From: Trypanosoma brucei
Taxonomy: Eukaryota
Length of the DNA stretch: 64,000 bases
Reading direction: 5' to 3'
Assembly: GCA_000002445.1 (NCBI GenBank)
Contig: CH464491.1
Span: forward strand, 1,856,001-1,920,000
The translations under genes and the position numbers were made by a program. The notes beneath the pieces were generated by a model, which was given only the letters and a program-made list of their open reading frames with translations, had not been told where the DNA came from and searched no databases. This document shows positions 43,889 through 55,572 of this stretch, piece by piece; position 1 is the stretch's first letter; each line of letters opens with the position of its first letter.

Positions 43889-45310
43889 TCATAGAATTGA
43901 CGTCTCCTTACTCGGATCGGGTGTGGGCTCTGTCCGACTCACGAGAGTCGCCGGCTCGGGTGTTGGGACGACCAAAACATGTTGCTTTGTCATCCCGAGA
44001 AGGGCAAGCTGCAATTCCTCAACTACGGTGGAGGCTATCACAATCACATCTGTCTTGCGCTGCTGTAAGAACTTCACAACTTGAATCGGGACACGCGTTG
44101 CTGTGGGTTCAGTTACCTGTTTGGTTGCGTGGAGTTGGCATACCGAAACCTTTGGCCATTCATCCTCCTGATGAGCGTCTTGCTCTTGGGTGACAGCAGG
44201 GCCCTCCGTCGCGGTGGTGGGGTTGGCATCGGCAGCACCCTCCGTTGTGCTCGGAACCATGCTCTCTGCCATGGGCTGTGCCTCTTGATTTTGCGGCTGC
44301 TCTTCATTTCCCTTCGGTGCTTGCTGCTCCTGTTTTGGAGAGATGAGAGACTCCGCGTTAATACTGCCTTCTTGGCCCTGAAGCAGGCGCTCAAGGGTCT
44401 GAGTGTAAAGTTCTATTTCTTCAGGTGGTGTACATCCCTCGGCTATTACCACAGCACAAACCACATCACCGCTACCCTCACGACAACGCCCCAATGCATA
44501 CTGGACAACGCTACAATCCCGTATGAGCGCGCCCTCCTCACCTGGGCGTGGTAGCAGCACAACAACATGACGTAACGCCGTAGTATTGAGCCTCAACGTG
44601 GTGCCGTTACCCTTAATGAACCACAACGGGTACGTTTGACGTATTTTGCTGAGAACTGCCCTACTCACATGTCCAACACTAATATATTTGTTTTCCGTGG
44701 TGTTACCAGCCCCGAGAAGAAGTGCACCGGCATTGTGATGCTTCAGGCGGTCTTCTGCGTACTGTGCAATAATGCCAGCACGTCTCCTTTCCACCTCCTC
44801 CGCCAACTCGCGTGCGGCCGCTTCTAATTCTTCCGTTGTCTGTTCCGGTGCAGCCTGTTGGTGATGTTCTGCATCTCTTTTCCCTGACATTCCCCCCCTT
44901 GTGGAGAGTCGTTGCCGCGAACCAGGGCGAGGTGGATCCGCCCCGTGGGATATTTCCATTGATGCCCTTATCGACCTCGGTGTGTTAAGTGGTGTTTCTT
45001 GGAGTGCCATGGTCTCTAGTTTATAGTTGAGAGTATCGCGTGTGGCCTTGCTTCCCATGATGGTTTCCAATGTCTTGTGAATTGCTATAGAAGGCGGAAG
45101 TCTCTTCGCAGTTCCTGCCTCTTCTGGGGGTTGTGGTACACTCTCAGGGCTATCAAACTGAAGCGGTGATGGCAAGCCACATCTTTCCCATATGTGCAGC
45201 AAAATGAGCTGCTCTCCTTCGTGTTGCCGCATCATGTAACCAGGAACAGAAGCCCAGCTCACTGCCTTGAGGGACGCCGGGCCGCCGTCACACATAACAA
45301 CAAAAGTCAT
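43889..45310 (-). CDS. Hypothetical protein with USP-like (adenine-nucleotide alpha-hydrolase fold) segments
   Basis: 473-aa ORF. N-terminal MTFVVMCDGGPASLKAVSWA...GEQLILLHIWE and C-terminal DVIVIASTVVEELQLALLGMTKQHVLVVPTP both resemble UspA-type motifs. The central region is Gln/Glu-rich. Confidence 0.45.
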   Translation of the reverse strand: MTFVVMCDGGPASLKAVSWASVPGYMMRQHEGEQLILLHIWERCGLPSPLQFDSPESVPQPPEEAGTAKRLPPSIAIHKTLETIMGSKATRDTLNYKLETMALQETPLNTPRSIRASMEISHGADPPRPGSRQRLSTRGGMSGKRDAEHHQQAAPEQTTEELEAAARELAEEVERRRAGIIAQYAEDRLKHHNAGALLLGAGNTTENKYISVGHVSRAVLSKIRQTYPLWFIKGNGTTLRLNTTALRHVVVLLPRPGEEGALIRDCSVVQYALGRCREGSGDVVCAVVIAEGCTPPEEIELYTQTLERLLQGQEGSINAESLISPKQEQQAPKGNEEQPQNQEAQPMAESMVPSTTEGAADANPTTATEGPAVTQEQDAHQEDEWPKVSVCQLHATKQVTEPTATRVPIQVVKFLQQRKTDVIVIASTVVEELQLALLGMTKQHVLVVPTPEPATLVSRTEPTPDPSKETSIL

Positions 45311-46114
45311 CTCGTACGTATGCGTAAACCTCCTCCCGCAGAATGCTCTAGTACCCTTCTACTTATCCCTCGCGATGTCCCTCTATTTTTTTTTTTTGCC
45401 ACGTTGCAACAGCGCTTGTTTCGTTATTTCTCTTCTCGTATATGAGTACAAATATATTTCTCGACTGATTTGTCCTCTCCTCTCCTTTTAATTCAAAACT
45501 TAACATACAGGGTGGAGGCAGTGCGTACCGTGCCTGCGATATTGTGCGCTAGAGTGCCCGAGGGGGTGAAGGAAATGAAATGGCAACACGAACCAGCAGT
45601 TAGACAAATGACGAATCTCGAAGCGTAAATAGACCCTCAGGTAACAGAGAGATGGAAGAGGGAGAGAGAAATGTGCACACAAAGCGATGCAGAGGCACGT
45701 GGTACGGAGAAAATAAAACAAGATGCACAGTTTGCATATGCCCCTCCACGTTGAAGGCAGTGATGACCGACCAACACCTTCTTCCGCCACTCCTACAAGA
45801 CCTGTTGCGAGACGCCGCTTCTGGGATGCTTTAGTGTTGGTTGCAACACAAGGCAAAGAAAAACATACACGGGGAAAAGAAGAAAGGGATGGTGAGCACT
45901 TTCCTCCTTACCTCCATTACTTCCGTCCCTGTACCCTATATGCACTCGCGAGCCCTTCCCCTTTTTCGCACATCTGCCTCTCTTTTTTTTTTTTAATGAA
46001 TATCTCCTGCACCGTCACCGCTTTTGAGGACGTTAGTAGTTTGAGTTACTTTCCCCTCCCCACACGGAAGCGACGCTGTCGTCCAGAGTTGCTCGCGGCT
46101 TCACATCGGATCGA

Positions 46115-49100
46115 TCATAGCCGGTATTCGCGCGGGAGCGGGTCTGTCATTACCCAACCACCCTTGTCGGGCTTCAGTCCCTTCGCAGATTCCTTCTCTA
46201 GCCACACTTGACGCATAATCTCGTACAACGCCTTCGTGTCCAGAGAGCAGTACTCAAGTAACTGGATCCGAAGCATGGCCCACGCCTTGTCCCGGACATC
46301 AGGACGGGCGGCTTGCACCATCGTGTCCAATTTGTTCTTGCCCTCGTAAATACCGCGGCGCCGCTCGTCTTGCATGACTGTCTGCTGGAGGTCTCTTAAT
46401 GAGCCTCCACCTTCGTGGTGATACCACAAGCGGTACACACCCATGGCATTTTCGCCCTTCTGCTCGTCCTGCCGCCCACCACCACCACTACCTTCTCCCT
46501 CACCTGCATCAACCACGTCACCAGCCGCATCCCCACCAAAAACACCATACTTGAAATCAGGACACAAGCCCGGAAGAACCTTTTTCAGTGAATTAGAGCC
46601 ATGCGCGTTGGGGTGAACAAACCCTCGTTTAAACAAGTCAAGTGTATCAAGGAAATAGAACTGTTTGATTTCCTCCTTGTACTCATCCACCAACTGCCCC
46701 AATTTCTCCAAGCAAGATTTTTCAAAGCTGGCAAAGTGGGCAATGAAGCACCCATCGTAGAAGTTGACGGGTTCGTGTAGTGGATTATTTTTAGTAATAT
46801 TGGGTCCCCGAGCCTTGGTTGCGCGACGACCTCGCCGCGCGTTGGTGACTGCTGCAAACTCCTCTTCTTCCAGCTGCTTTTTTAGCCTCTCTAACCTCGC
46901 TAGTTCTCCAGACGCCGTCATCGCATCCCGTTTTTTCGCCCGCTCCTTCCGCACGATGTGCATTAGTTCCGCAATGCATGCACGCCGCGGGTCTTCATTC
47001 GGAGAGTAGCCCTTACCGAAGTGCAAGAAGTCATAGTGCGTTGGCGTTTCGTTGAGAACATCCTCCTGAAACACATCAAGAGAAAACTGGAATGGTAAAG
47101 GCTGAAATGCAACGACTTTTTCAAACGGGGGTAACGCGAATTGCGTTGCCTCAAAGTCGATTAAAAAAGCCGGATAGCGGATGCGCGAGAAGAAATCTTC
47201 AATTTCCTTGGGGTTGACAAATACTTTACCCGCTGTTATAGCCTTCACGTATCGTAACTGTGGTGCAGTAAGGTTAACAGCACCCTTTTTGTATTGGTAC
47301 AAAACGTCCTGGACCGTACGGAGGCCCTGTAACCACCATGTAGTCTTTCTCGAAACAGCGGTAGACGGAACGGTAAAAAGGTGATTATCACGCTGTCGAA
47401 TCGGTTCATCAAACTTGTTAGGTAAGCAAAGACCCTCAGCAAAAAAGGGACATACATCTCCCCGCGAGCAGTGGGCACCAATAAACTCCGAGTAAGTCGG
47501 AACGCATGGTATCTGAGTAGCACAGTGTCTACCTCCACCTTTACCTGTTGCCGTCGGCCCCTGCTTTGCCTTGGCAGCTTTGCCTTTCTTGCCTTTGTCC
47601 TCCTGGTCGTCCACTAACATCCCACTCTCGCCCTCATCAACAAATGTTGCCTTCAATACAGCGTCGGTATCACTGGCAAAAGCACGCCACTTCTGCGCAT
47701 TCGCAGGCTCTCGTCCCATTTCGACAAGCCGCAAAGTGCGAGTACTAATCAGTGCTTCCACCAGTTTCTGTTGCTTTGCGAATAATTTCCGCAGCTCCAC
47801 CTCCCTCTTCTTCGCGGTTCGGTTGGAGGTGCTGCCAGCCCATTGCTGGCGACCGTGACCACGTTCCTGCATGGCTTCCACCTCGGCCTGTAATTTAGTT
47901 ATGTCCTGCTCATCACTGGATGGAAACTCACCCGTGCCGAATGCGCTGCCCGATCGCTGGCTGTTATTTATGTCCGCGTCAATCATATCCTCGAGGGACA
48001 GCCGTTGTACATATTTCACAAGCCGAGTCGGATCGCAGTCCATCAACGTAACGGGTCCGGGAAAGAATTGCCGAATGTGCAGTAACCCACTGCGTTTTAA
48101 GTCCAAAGGCACCGCGACCTCTGCAGCAGTTTCCAGTCGATGACCCTTGAGATTCTTTTCAGTGACGGTGTCAAGGTCAATATCCAGGAATCTCTTTCGT
48201 ATACCTATTGGGATGTGTGGTTGCGTTATCCAGTAGCGAAAGGCAACTGTCGTGAAGTGCAACCTTTGCAGGTACTGTGCAAGTCGTACCGGGTTGCCTG
48301 CTGGGTCAAGTGCGGAGGCGGTTTCCAAGATAACCCACTGGTTGTCTTTGGGTCGGAACCGCAGCACCGCTGGTCTCGCCCGCAGTATAATGTCAGCCGC
48401 TCCCTTCTTTCCTCCTTGCTGAACCTTTTGTTGCTCCTGTGAGCCCCTACTCTGACCCCCAAATGGCGTCGCGAACGCGGGCCGATGGATTGTTAAAGCG
48501 GGAGCTTGGTCACCCAGTTGGGCGTATACAGTCTGGAAGTATTTCAACAGAATTTCCTCCGAGCGGCGAACTGCATCTTCAAAGTTCTGCTCCTGCACTA
48601 CAACAGCACGACTCCCAAACTGCAGCCGATCCCACCGCCGCGCAAGCTCGTTGAATGCTGCGCCGTCGTCGAGGTGTACCGCATCCGCTATAGAGATATC
48701 ACTAGTTAGGTCTGTATGGTTTTGCAGCAGGTGAAATTTCTTTGGACATGTAAGGGAAGCGGCAAAGCCCTTGTACGTGAGAATAGCCGGTGACCTCGCC
48801 GCCGACGATGTGGCCCGCTGTGTCGTCCCTTCGGATGATTTCTCTTTATTGTCGCTTCCATCCCGCCCCTCCAGGCATTCGTCCAAGTCTGACATCGGCT
48901 CTGATGCTTCCCTGTAACTACGCAACACGTGCCGGAGGGGTTCATCCGCGTCGTTCACCTTCTTCACGGCATCCACCACGGATGAAACGAGCGTCGAGTG
49001 GGCCTTCTTACGGAACATAACCCACACACGCAAGGTTGTACTTGAGTTATATTTGCGTGTGAATACACACGTATGAGAATTATTGTGTCCAGAGAAGAAA

Positions 49101-49123
49101 GGGAAGAGCAAGTGTACGAACAA
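46115..49123 (-). CDS. Large hypothetical protein carrying a DUF2779-like domain (bacterial-type, PD-(D/E)XK-nuclease-associated) preceded by a Cys-cluster region
   Basis: Matches to conserved DUF2779 blocks: YPAFLIDFEATQFALPPFEKVVAFQPLPFQFSLDV (cf. Y-LDFET...PYQQIPFQ-SLH), THYDFLHFGKGYSPNEDPRRACIAELM (cf. H-EFL...DPR), CFIAHFASFEKSCLEKLGQL (cf. IVAYNASFEK), HGSNSLKKVLPGLCPDFKYG (cf. GSYSIKKVLPAL...Y). An upstream Cys cluster, CSRGDVCPFFAEGLC, is present. Confidence 0.6.
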   Translation of the reverse strand: MFVHLLFPFFSGHNNSHTCVFTRKYNSSTTLRVWVMFRKKAHSTLVSSVVDAVKKVNDADEPLRHVLRSYREASEPMSDLDECLEGRDGSDNKEKSSEGTTQRATSSAARSPAILTYKGFAASLTCPKKFHLLQNHTDLTSDISIADAVHLDDGAAFNELARRWDRLQFGSRAVVVQEQNFEDAVRRSEEILLKYFQTVYAQLGDQAPALTIHRPAFATPFGGQSRGSQEQQKVQQGGKKGAADIILRARPAVLRFRPKDNQWVILETASALDPAGNPVRLAQYLQRLHFTTVAFRYWITQPHIPIGIRKRFLDIDLDTVTEKNLKGHRLETAAEVAVPLDLKRSGLLHIRQFFPGPVTLMDCDPTRLVKYVQRLSLEDMIDADINNSQRSGSAFGTGEFPSSDEQDITKLQAEVEAMQERGHGRQQWAGSTSNRTAKKREVELRKLFAKQQKLVEALISTRTLRLVEMGREPANAQKWRAFASDTDAVLKATFVDEGESGMLVDDQEDKGKKGKAAKAKQGPTATGKGGGRHCATQIPCVPTYSEFIGAHCSRGDVCPFFAEGLCLPNKFDEPIRQRDNHLFTVPSTAVSRKTTWWLQGLRTVQDVLYQYKKGAVNLTAPQLRYVKAITAGKVFVNPKEIEDFFSRIRYPAFLIDFEATQFALPPFEKVVAFQPLPFQFSLDVFQEDVLNETPTHYDFLHFGKGYSPNEDPRRACIAELMHIVRKERAKKRDAMTASGELARLERLKKQLEEEEFAAVTNARRGRRATKARGPNITKNNPLHEPVNFYDGCFIAHFASFEKSCLEKLGQLVDEYKEEIKQFYFLDTLDLFKRGFVHPNAHGSNSLKKVLPGLCPDFKYGVFGGDAAGDVVDAGEGEGSGGGGRQDEQKGENAMGVYRLWYHHEGGGSLRDLQQTVMQDERRRGIYEGKNKLDTMVQAARPDVRDKAWAMLRIQLLEYCSLDTKALYEIMRQVWLEKESAKGLKPDKGGWVMTDPLPREYRL

Positions 49124-49662
49124 GGCGTTTGAACACGAACAAAGAAAAACGACACCAAATAGAAATACCGTTAAGGAAATGCTTCATAAGGATTCGGGGG
49201 AGGGGGAAATATATTACACCGGAAGACCAAACTGCGACAACAGTAACAGTGGTGTACCAGCTGCTACATCACCACTGTTGCCAATGTGAAGATGACGCTG
49301 GGCAAAAGCAGCTAGGAGGGAGACATCGAGGGCTCGACGCCACTAACAGATACAGTTCAACCAACGCCCACTTGCGTAGTCCCCGCCAGATGCACAGAAT
49401 ACACGGGCAAGCACTGGGGGTGGGGTGGGGAGAAGAGAAATGAAGCTCCGAAAGATTCTGCTACGGGGAACCTTTTACGCGTGTGCGTAGGCTAGTATTG
49501 CCAGTGTGATGCGGGTAGGCACTGGCGAACTGCAGATCGAACATTTAACGGCGGCACCGCTGGATCACTTGCTAGTCGCGCCGGCTGTTGGGAAACCAAC
49601 GAATATCAACAGAAGCATCACCGCAAAGAAGCTAGCAAAAAGTGACCTCCCTTCCCACGGTG

Positions 49663-51327
49663 TCACAACGAAAACGACCTAACGACAAATATTATGAGCA
49701 ATAAGGCAACGCAAAAGGCAAACAGCAGCATGCATTGGGGCAATCTGCAGCGGGAAAGTTCAAAGGCACACCTTGACAGTCTGCCGCTAACACTTGAGTG
49801 CTGATTCCACATCAATTGCATCCGGCGCAGAGGGGAAGCTGAGCGTGATCCCTTTCTTTCCTCTCCATAGCGAGAATCACCCATCCTACTACCCCGGTTA
49901 CCACTGTTGTGGTGTTCGAGGATGGTGCTCGCTTGCGAGGCCATCGACCGCTTCAGTTCTTCCAACCTGAGCTCCATTGCTCGAAGTAACTTTGCTTTTG
50001 TTTGCAAGCGCAAGTTCTCCTCTTCAAGGGCCTTTTCACGCTGCGCCAACTCACGAAACTTGCGTTCATCCCCGTCGTTTCCGTCACAAGGGTAACCTAT
50101 TGGCACAGCACACGTCGACTTGGTTTGTTGCACAGCCTCTTCATATTTACGAGCCCACGCCTCTGCATCGTCGCGGCTCTTTTGCAGTGCCTCCTGCAAG
50201 CCCATGACCAGAGCACGATTTTCTTCAGAAAGAAGAAGGGTTTGGAAAGCCTCCTCGCGCATGTTAGCCTCCTCCTCCAAACTCCTCACAAGTCCCTCCT
50301 GTCTACCCAACTCGCGCTGCAGGGAGTTTACCTCAGCCGCAAGCTGCTGTGCATATTCCATGCGACTTGCAAGCTCCCTACTAAGTCCTGCTACGCGCTC
50401 GGTCAGCTGTTGTTCCATCTGCTCTCTCTCCAGTCTCACATTTGAAATTCTCCGCTGTGCGGCTTCTGCCTCGTGTTGTGCCTGATGAAGAAGGGTCTGA
50501 AGAGTGGCAAGCTGTTCCTCCCGCTGATACACTTCATTCATGCATCGTTGCTGTTCCAACTCATGCGCACGCTGCATCTCACGTAACTTGGCTGCATGTC
50601 TTTCTTCCAAGTTGCTCATTTCTGATCGCACTGTCTCCAACTGCTGCTGGTGAGCCGCGTCACTAGCTTTCAGCGCGTTTTCAAGCACCTTCTCCTTATT
50701 TGCTGCGTCCCCACCGCTCTCCAGCTGAGTTGTGTTTTGAGTCATAAGGGCCGAAAGCTCTCTATATTGTTCAGCTAGGCGCTCAAGGCGGGTCTTCATG
50801 ACACAAACTTCGTGCTCGGACAGTGCTAATTCTTTTTCCTTGAGCTCCATAGCATCCCTGAGTTTGTGCAGCTCTGCCTCATGTTGTTGCGTCTCCGCAT
50901 CAGTGCGCATGGTGTGCTCCACCGCGCACGTCTCCCGCACACGGGCGATAGCCTGCTCAAGATCCCGCTCGTGTTGCTCAACCATGCTGCGCTTCTCCTT
51001 TCGAAGTTCCATTAGTTGCGTCTGCACATTTTGCAGCTCTTCATCCTTCAGGCTGGTTCGCTCGCGGAACTCCTTCTCTAACTGCACCCGCAGGGCCCCC
51101 ATTTCGGAGCCATGGTTTGCATTAACTTGCTTTAGTTCGTCTCTTAGCTGCTTGTTCTTTTTTGTCGCCTCACTCAGTTGCTGGGCAACGGATTGCTTCC
51201 ATAAATTTGTTTTCTCCTGAAGGTCTCGCAGCTGTTCCTCGGCGGAGGGACGACGCGAGCCGTTAGCTTTGTCAGTTGCCTCCTCAGATGTGTCCATTGC
51301 ACCGTCTCGCCCCTGGAGGTTACGCAA
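49663..51327 (-). CDS. Long coiled-coil protein with C-terminal transmembrane anchor (tail-anchored)
   Basis: 554 aa, dominated by E/Q/L/R/A heptads. It ends in the hydrophobic segment CMLLFAFCVALLLIIFVVRSFSL just before the stop. Confidence 0.6.
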   Translation of the reverse strand: MRNLQGRDGAMDTSEEATDKANGSRRPSAEEQLRDLQEKTNLWKQSVAQQLSEATKKNKQLRDELKQVNANHGSEMGALRVQLEKEFRERTSLKDEELQNVQTQLMELRKEKRSMVEQHERDLEQAIARVRETCAVEHTMRTDAETQQHEAELHKLRDAMELKEKELALSEHEVCVMKTRLERLAEQYRELSALMTQNTTQLESGGDAANKEKVLENALKASDAAHQQQLETVRSEMSNLEERHAAKLREMQRAHELEQQRCMNEVYQREEQLATLQTLLHQAQHEAEAAQRRISNVRLEREQMEQQLTERVAGLSRELASRMEYAQQLAAEVNSLQRELGRQEGLVRSLEEEANMREEAFQTLLLSEENRALVMGLQEALQKSRDDAEAWARKYEEAVQQTKSTCAVPIGYPCDGNDGDERKFRELAQREKALEEENLRLQTKAKLLRAMELRLEELKRSMASQASTILEHHNSGNRGSRMGDSRYGEERKGSRSASPLRRMQLMWNQHSSVSGRLSRCAFELSRCRLPQCMLLFAFCVALLLIIFVVRSFSL

Positions 51328-51727
51328 GATCGGAAAACGGAAACAAGGTTAACACCAGATGAGGACTCAAATCAGATAATAGAGAAGAATTAATATATAT
51401 ATATATATATATGCATAGATCTCAGCGTGCAAAGAACACATCGATAAAGCACGAGGGCGCTTCATAATGCGGCAGGGCTGCTTTAGCTGATCCAACAAAT
51501 CTCATGAGGGGTCAGTGAGACAGGAAGGAGAGCAAGGTACATCCTTGCCTCCCTATGTATGAGGTTATACACAGCTTTCACTTGCACACTTCCAATAGTT
51601 CCACCAGCAGGTAAGTTTCGCCCCTTCCCCGGTAGTGATCCGAGAAACAAAAGGGAATAATGTGTGAGAAACACGGGAAATGAAAAAGAAAAAAAAAACA
51701 ACAGAACATCCTCCCCTTTTCTAGCGA

Positions 51728-52450
51728 CTATGTTCCAAGTGCCTTTTTTGCAACATCATTAAACTTATGGCAAACCCAACGGAGACCCCGGGGCTCCTCT
51801 ACATGCACCGCAACCTCAAGCGCTGCCAAATCCATGTGTTTGTTGGCCTCAACCAGTTCATTCACCTTTTGTTCCAAGGCGTCAATTCGCTGCAGTAGGC
51901 GTCTTTCCTTCGCCTCAGAGGCCTTTGCGCTCGAGGTAATTTCAGCATACAACACAAACGCAAGAATGAAATACACCAGCAACTCAATGAGGAGCTCAGC
52001 TCCTGCGGCTACAAGGTGTTCCTCCGACAAGGAAGCGGAGTAACCTTCCCTAAAAGTTTGCCACACCGTTCTCATGGGCCGCGATGAAAAGAAAATTCGA
52101 CCGCTACGACTCCTTCCACCTCTGCTCGAAGGTGTGGAACCAAGCAATGACCGCACTCGCGGCGCCACCGTGACCGCTCGGTCCTCTTTTGATTTTCCAA
52201 ATGTCGATGTGGAGCCTTCTCCGGTGGCACTGTCTTGCTTCGACGAGTTGACTGGACTTGGTTTGTGTTTTTCCTCCACATGCCACCTCGCCATGACAGA
52301 GGAAATGGCTGCAGACAAGTGTCCAAGTCGAAGGCAGACTGTTCGTGTGATACTCGCCCCGTGTTGGGCTTTTTTCACGGTACGACTAACCATCGGCTTA
52401 GACATCTGCCTGATGGCCAGCAGGGCGAAGCGGTAAACTGGTGCTGGCAT
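51728..52450 (-). CDS. OPA3-like (optic atrophy 3 family) protein
   Basis: N-terminus MPAPVYRFALLAIRQMSKPMVSRTVKKAQ resembles the OPA3 family N-terminal signature ([20 protein letters not shown]). A C-terminal TM helix LIELLVYFILAFVLYA is followed by coiled coil. Confidence 0.5.
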   Translation of the reverse strand: MPAPVYRFALLAIRQMSKPMVSRTVKKAQHGASITRTVCLRLGHLSAAISSVMARWHVEEKHKPSPVNSSKQDSATGEGSTSTFGKSKEDRAVTVAPRVRSLLGSTPSSRGGRSRSGRIFFSSRPMRTVWQTFREGYSASLSEEHLVAAGAELLIELLVYFILAFVLYAEITSSAKASEAKERRLLQRIDALEQKVNELVEANKHMDLAALEVAVHVEEPRGLRWVCHKFNDVAKKALGT

Positions 52451-54109
52451 TTTTTTTTTTTTTGAAGCAAGCCGGCCTCCAGATGATGGGACGATAGATA
52501 AACCTCAGATGTACTTGCACCTTCTCTCCTTCTTCTTGACTCCCGATACCTTCTTTATGTTATCGCAACACGCTACCGAGAGTATGTGGGTGCGTATAAC
52601 TGAGTGTATGCCTCACTCACTGTGTCTCTGCAAGAGTAAATTTGTACAGGGTATAATAAAAATATGATGATTGAAGACAGTTGGAGAAATAATAGAAGGA
52701 ATTAAATGATGACTTACCGACATGAAGGTGCGGCCGATGCGACCGACGCGGCTGTTACCACCAAATGCGAGGGCACAACAAATTCCTCGTGCATGGAGAG
52801 GGCAAGAAACGAAAGGGAAAAAGAACAGAGGGACATGAGTAAATAATAACAAAAATAATAAAAAAGGGGAAGAAACGAAAGAGCCAAAAAAAAAAAAAAA
52901 AAGAAACAACCACCGCAGTAAATAAAAATGAAAAAAGAAACGAGAAAAAGCACGTGGAAAGATTTGGTGGGTGTGCAGGTTTGCATGCGTGCACGTCCGT
53001 TTGTCTGAGAGGGAGAGGGGGAAAAAAAAAGAAAAAAAAGAAAAGAAGGAAAAACTGTAGAAAAACGAGAGAGACACGAAAAAGGGGCGAGCAAATGTAA
53101 CATACGGGTGGGATTACGGTACCCGCGATACTGCATTGGATCAATGGGTCGATGACGCGTGCATGTGCCTGTATATGCTTATGTATATATTTATATATAT
53201 ATATATATATGTGTGTGTGCGTGTGGGCGCGTGCCTTTGTGTTCGGAAGTAACATAAGGAGGGTGTGGTAAAAGAAAAAAAAATCGGCTATTCCAATCCA
53301 CATTCTTACATCGCCGTCTTGTAATAATAACCAACAGCTCCAGAAGAGAAAAGAAAGAAGAATTGAAATGCGCGCGAGTACGTGAAGAGAGGCCACACGT
53401 TCAACCACTTGCACAGGGAAGGTGTGAGTCCCATCATGCACTTATTTACCCTTTTCCTCAGTGGGGATATTGGAGAAGTATGCGGGAGCTGCAGTTGTTG
53501 TGACGAACTGCGAAATTCTGCCCAACCAAAATTCGCAAAGGCACGTGTGGACAAGAAACAGAAACAGAAAAAGCGTACCTCAATCCCCGATGTAGAAGAC
53601 ATCATTAGGCAAAACAAACAAACAAACAAGCAAACAAACACGTAGAGACACACATTCGTTGAGAAAGAGACGTGTCGCAATGAACAAGAGCGAACAAACA
53701 AACAAAAGAAGGACCCTCACAGTAGATAATCTCCTGACACGACACCTGCACACTTTCACCTGTACGCAAGTACAAAAAAGAAAGAAACAGCATTGAAAAA
53801 AGAAAAAAAAAGGGAAAGTCAGGATTAAAGCAACGAAACGGCACCGCGCGCCTAATCCACAAAATACCCTTCCATTTGTTCGCGTTGGCAATGTATGTAT
53901 TCCCCTTTTACCTTTTCTTTCTTTTCTTTTTTCTAAATATTTGCTGTTCCTCCGACTTTCAGAGACCCATTTTTTTTTTTGAAAGCAAATATGACTGTAA
54001 TCCCACCCTGATATACCTTCTTATTACACTTCACTTCTATTTCCCCTTCCCCCAGAAACACTTTTGGATCGTCCCAATCAATCCCTCTATGTCTCGTTCA
54101 TTCTCCTTT

Positions 54110-54140
<31 letters not shown>

Positions 54141-54336
54141 ATTTTTAATTCGCTCCTACACATTACTTCCGCATCACGTCCCAGACAAACCATTCCCTTT
54201 TCACATCTTTCCATATTCTTCCTTTCCTTGATTCATCACTCAATGCAAATTTGTCACCGTTTAGAGTCCTCAGTCACTAATCATATGTAAAACCAACTAA
54301 TCGAGAGAGTGCATGCAGGTGCCAGCACACATATGT

Positions 54337-54367
<31 letters not shown>

Positions 54368-55219
54368 CTATATGGCCATAATATAGACAGCAGGAACAGT
54401 AATGTGGGAACAACCGCAGTAATTACTACAATATTTACCATTATAAGTTGATGGGTGTGTCCCAACTGCAACGAAAGTGAGGTGGGGGTCGGAAAATATA
54501 AGGAAGAAAAGAAAAGAAAAAAAAAGTGTCCTGTTTCTTTCCTCGTTACTTAGGCCATTCACTAACTTTTATTTCGGAGGAAGTTTGAGGCGAAAAATGC
54601 GCGTTTTGTCCCACTTTAGTCCTTCATTCCTTTTCCCTCCACCTCCCTTACGGAAGTGCGCAACGGCTCAATCAACAGTTCGCAAGTCCACTTTCACATG
54701 GTCATCACATAAACCCCGTGGGTTGATGTCGTGCACACCTCTCCCCCTTCACGCATGTCGACATACATTCACGAATATATGCATAAGTGCAAATGTAAGT
54801 AAATATACATTTAACTTCCTTTCTCATCTTTTCTTTACTTTCGTTCTGGCAACATTGCCTTCAGTCTTTTCGTAATACTCGTCCATTGGGTTCGCTTATT
54901 ACGCTTTGTTCCCCGTGCCTCGTCAGTTTTTTTTCCACATATATATATATATATGTATATATTTATATGGTCCTTCCTCTCCACCTTTATTTCCTTTCAA
55001 ACCTCTCTTTTTTTCATTTACTCCTCCCCTTCATGACCTCAAACCTTCAACCATTTGCTGCAGCTTTGCATTCCGGTGCGGATGAATTGTATACTTTTTT
55101 CTCTATTCCGCCCTTTCCTTTCCTTTCTTCTTACATTATTTACTCCTTTTTTTTTTCCTCTTGTCTCACCCATGCCTTTTCCCCTTTCTTTTAGCCGATC
55201 GGTCGATCTTTCTCTCTAA

Positions 55220-55250
<31 letters not shown>

Positions 55251-55399
55251 TAGATTCACTCACTCACATGTGTCATTTTCTTTCTGTTTTTGCTTTTGTT
55301 TTCCTCTTGGTGTATATAAACAAACATTTATATGTAGATGCAGATATATGTGTATATTTCTTTCTCTTTACGTACTTGCCTTAACCCACAAATTCAGAC

Positions 55400-55470
55400 A
55401 CACGCATACACACACACACACACAAAGACACGTAAAGACACAAACACACACACACACACACACACAAAGA
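55400..55470. repeat. (CA)n-rich microsatellite cluster in the 14-3-3 downstream region. Further (CA)n/(TA)n runs occur at about 53185-53220, 54117-54141, 54340-54365 and 55221-55242.
   Basis: cacgcatacacacacacacacacaaagacacgtaaagacacaaacacacacacacacacacacacaaag. Confidence 0.85.
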
Positions 55471-55572
55471 CATACACGCACGTCTTCTTTCCATCACGGT
55501 GCCGTTAGCCAACCGAGACCAGAAGGCAAGAAAGAAAGAAAGAAAGAAAAAATAGATGGAAATGAAGAAAAC

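Noticed and set aside
52613-53900. Overlapping 100-230 aa ORFs rich in F/L/K/S (e.g. 52755-53441, 52613-53077, 53306-53701)
   Set aside because: Translations of homopolymer/microsatellite-rich A/T sequence in all frames. No protein-like composition. Interpreted as 14-3-3 3' UTR/intergenic.
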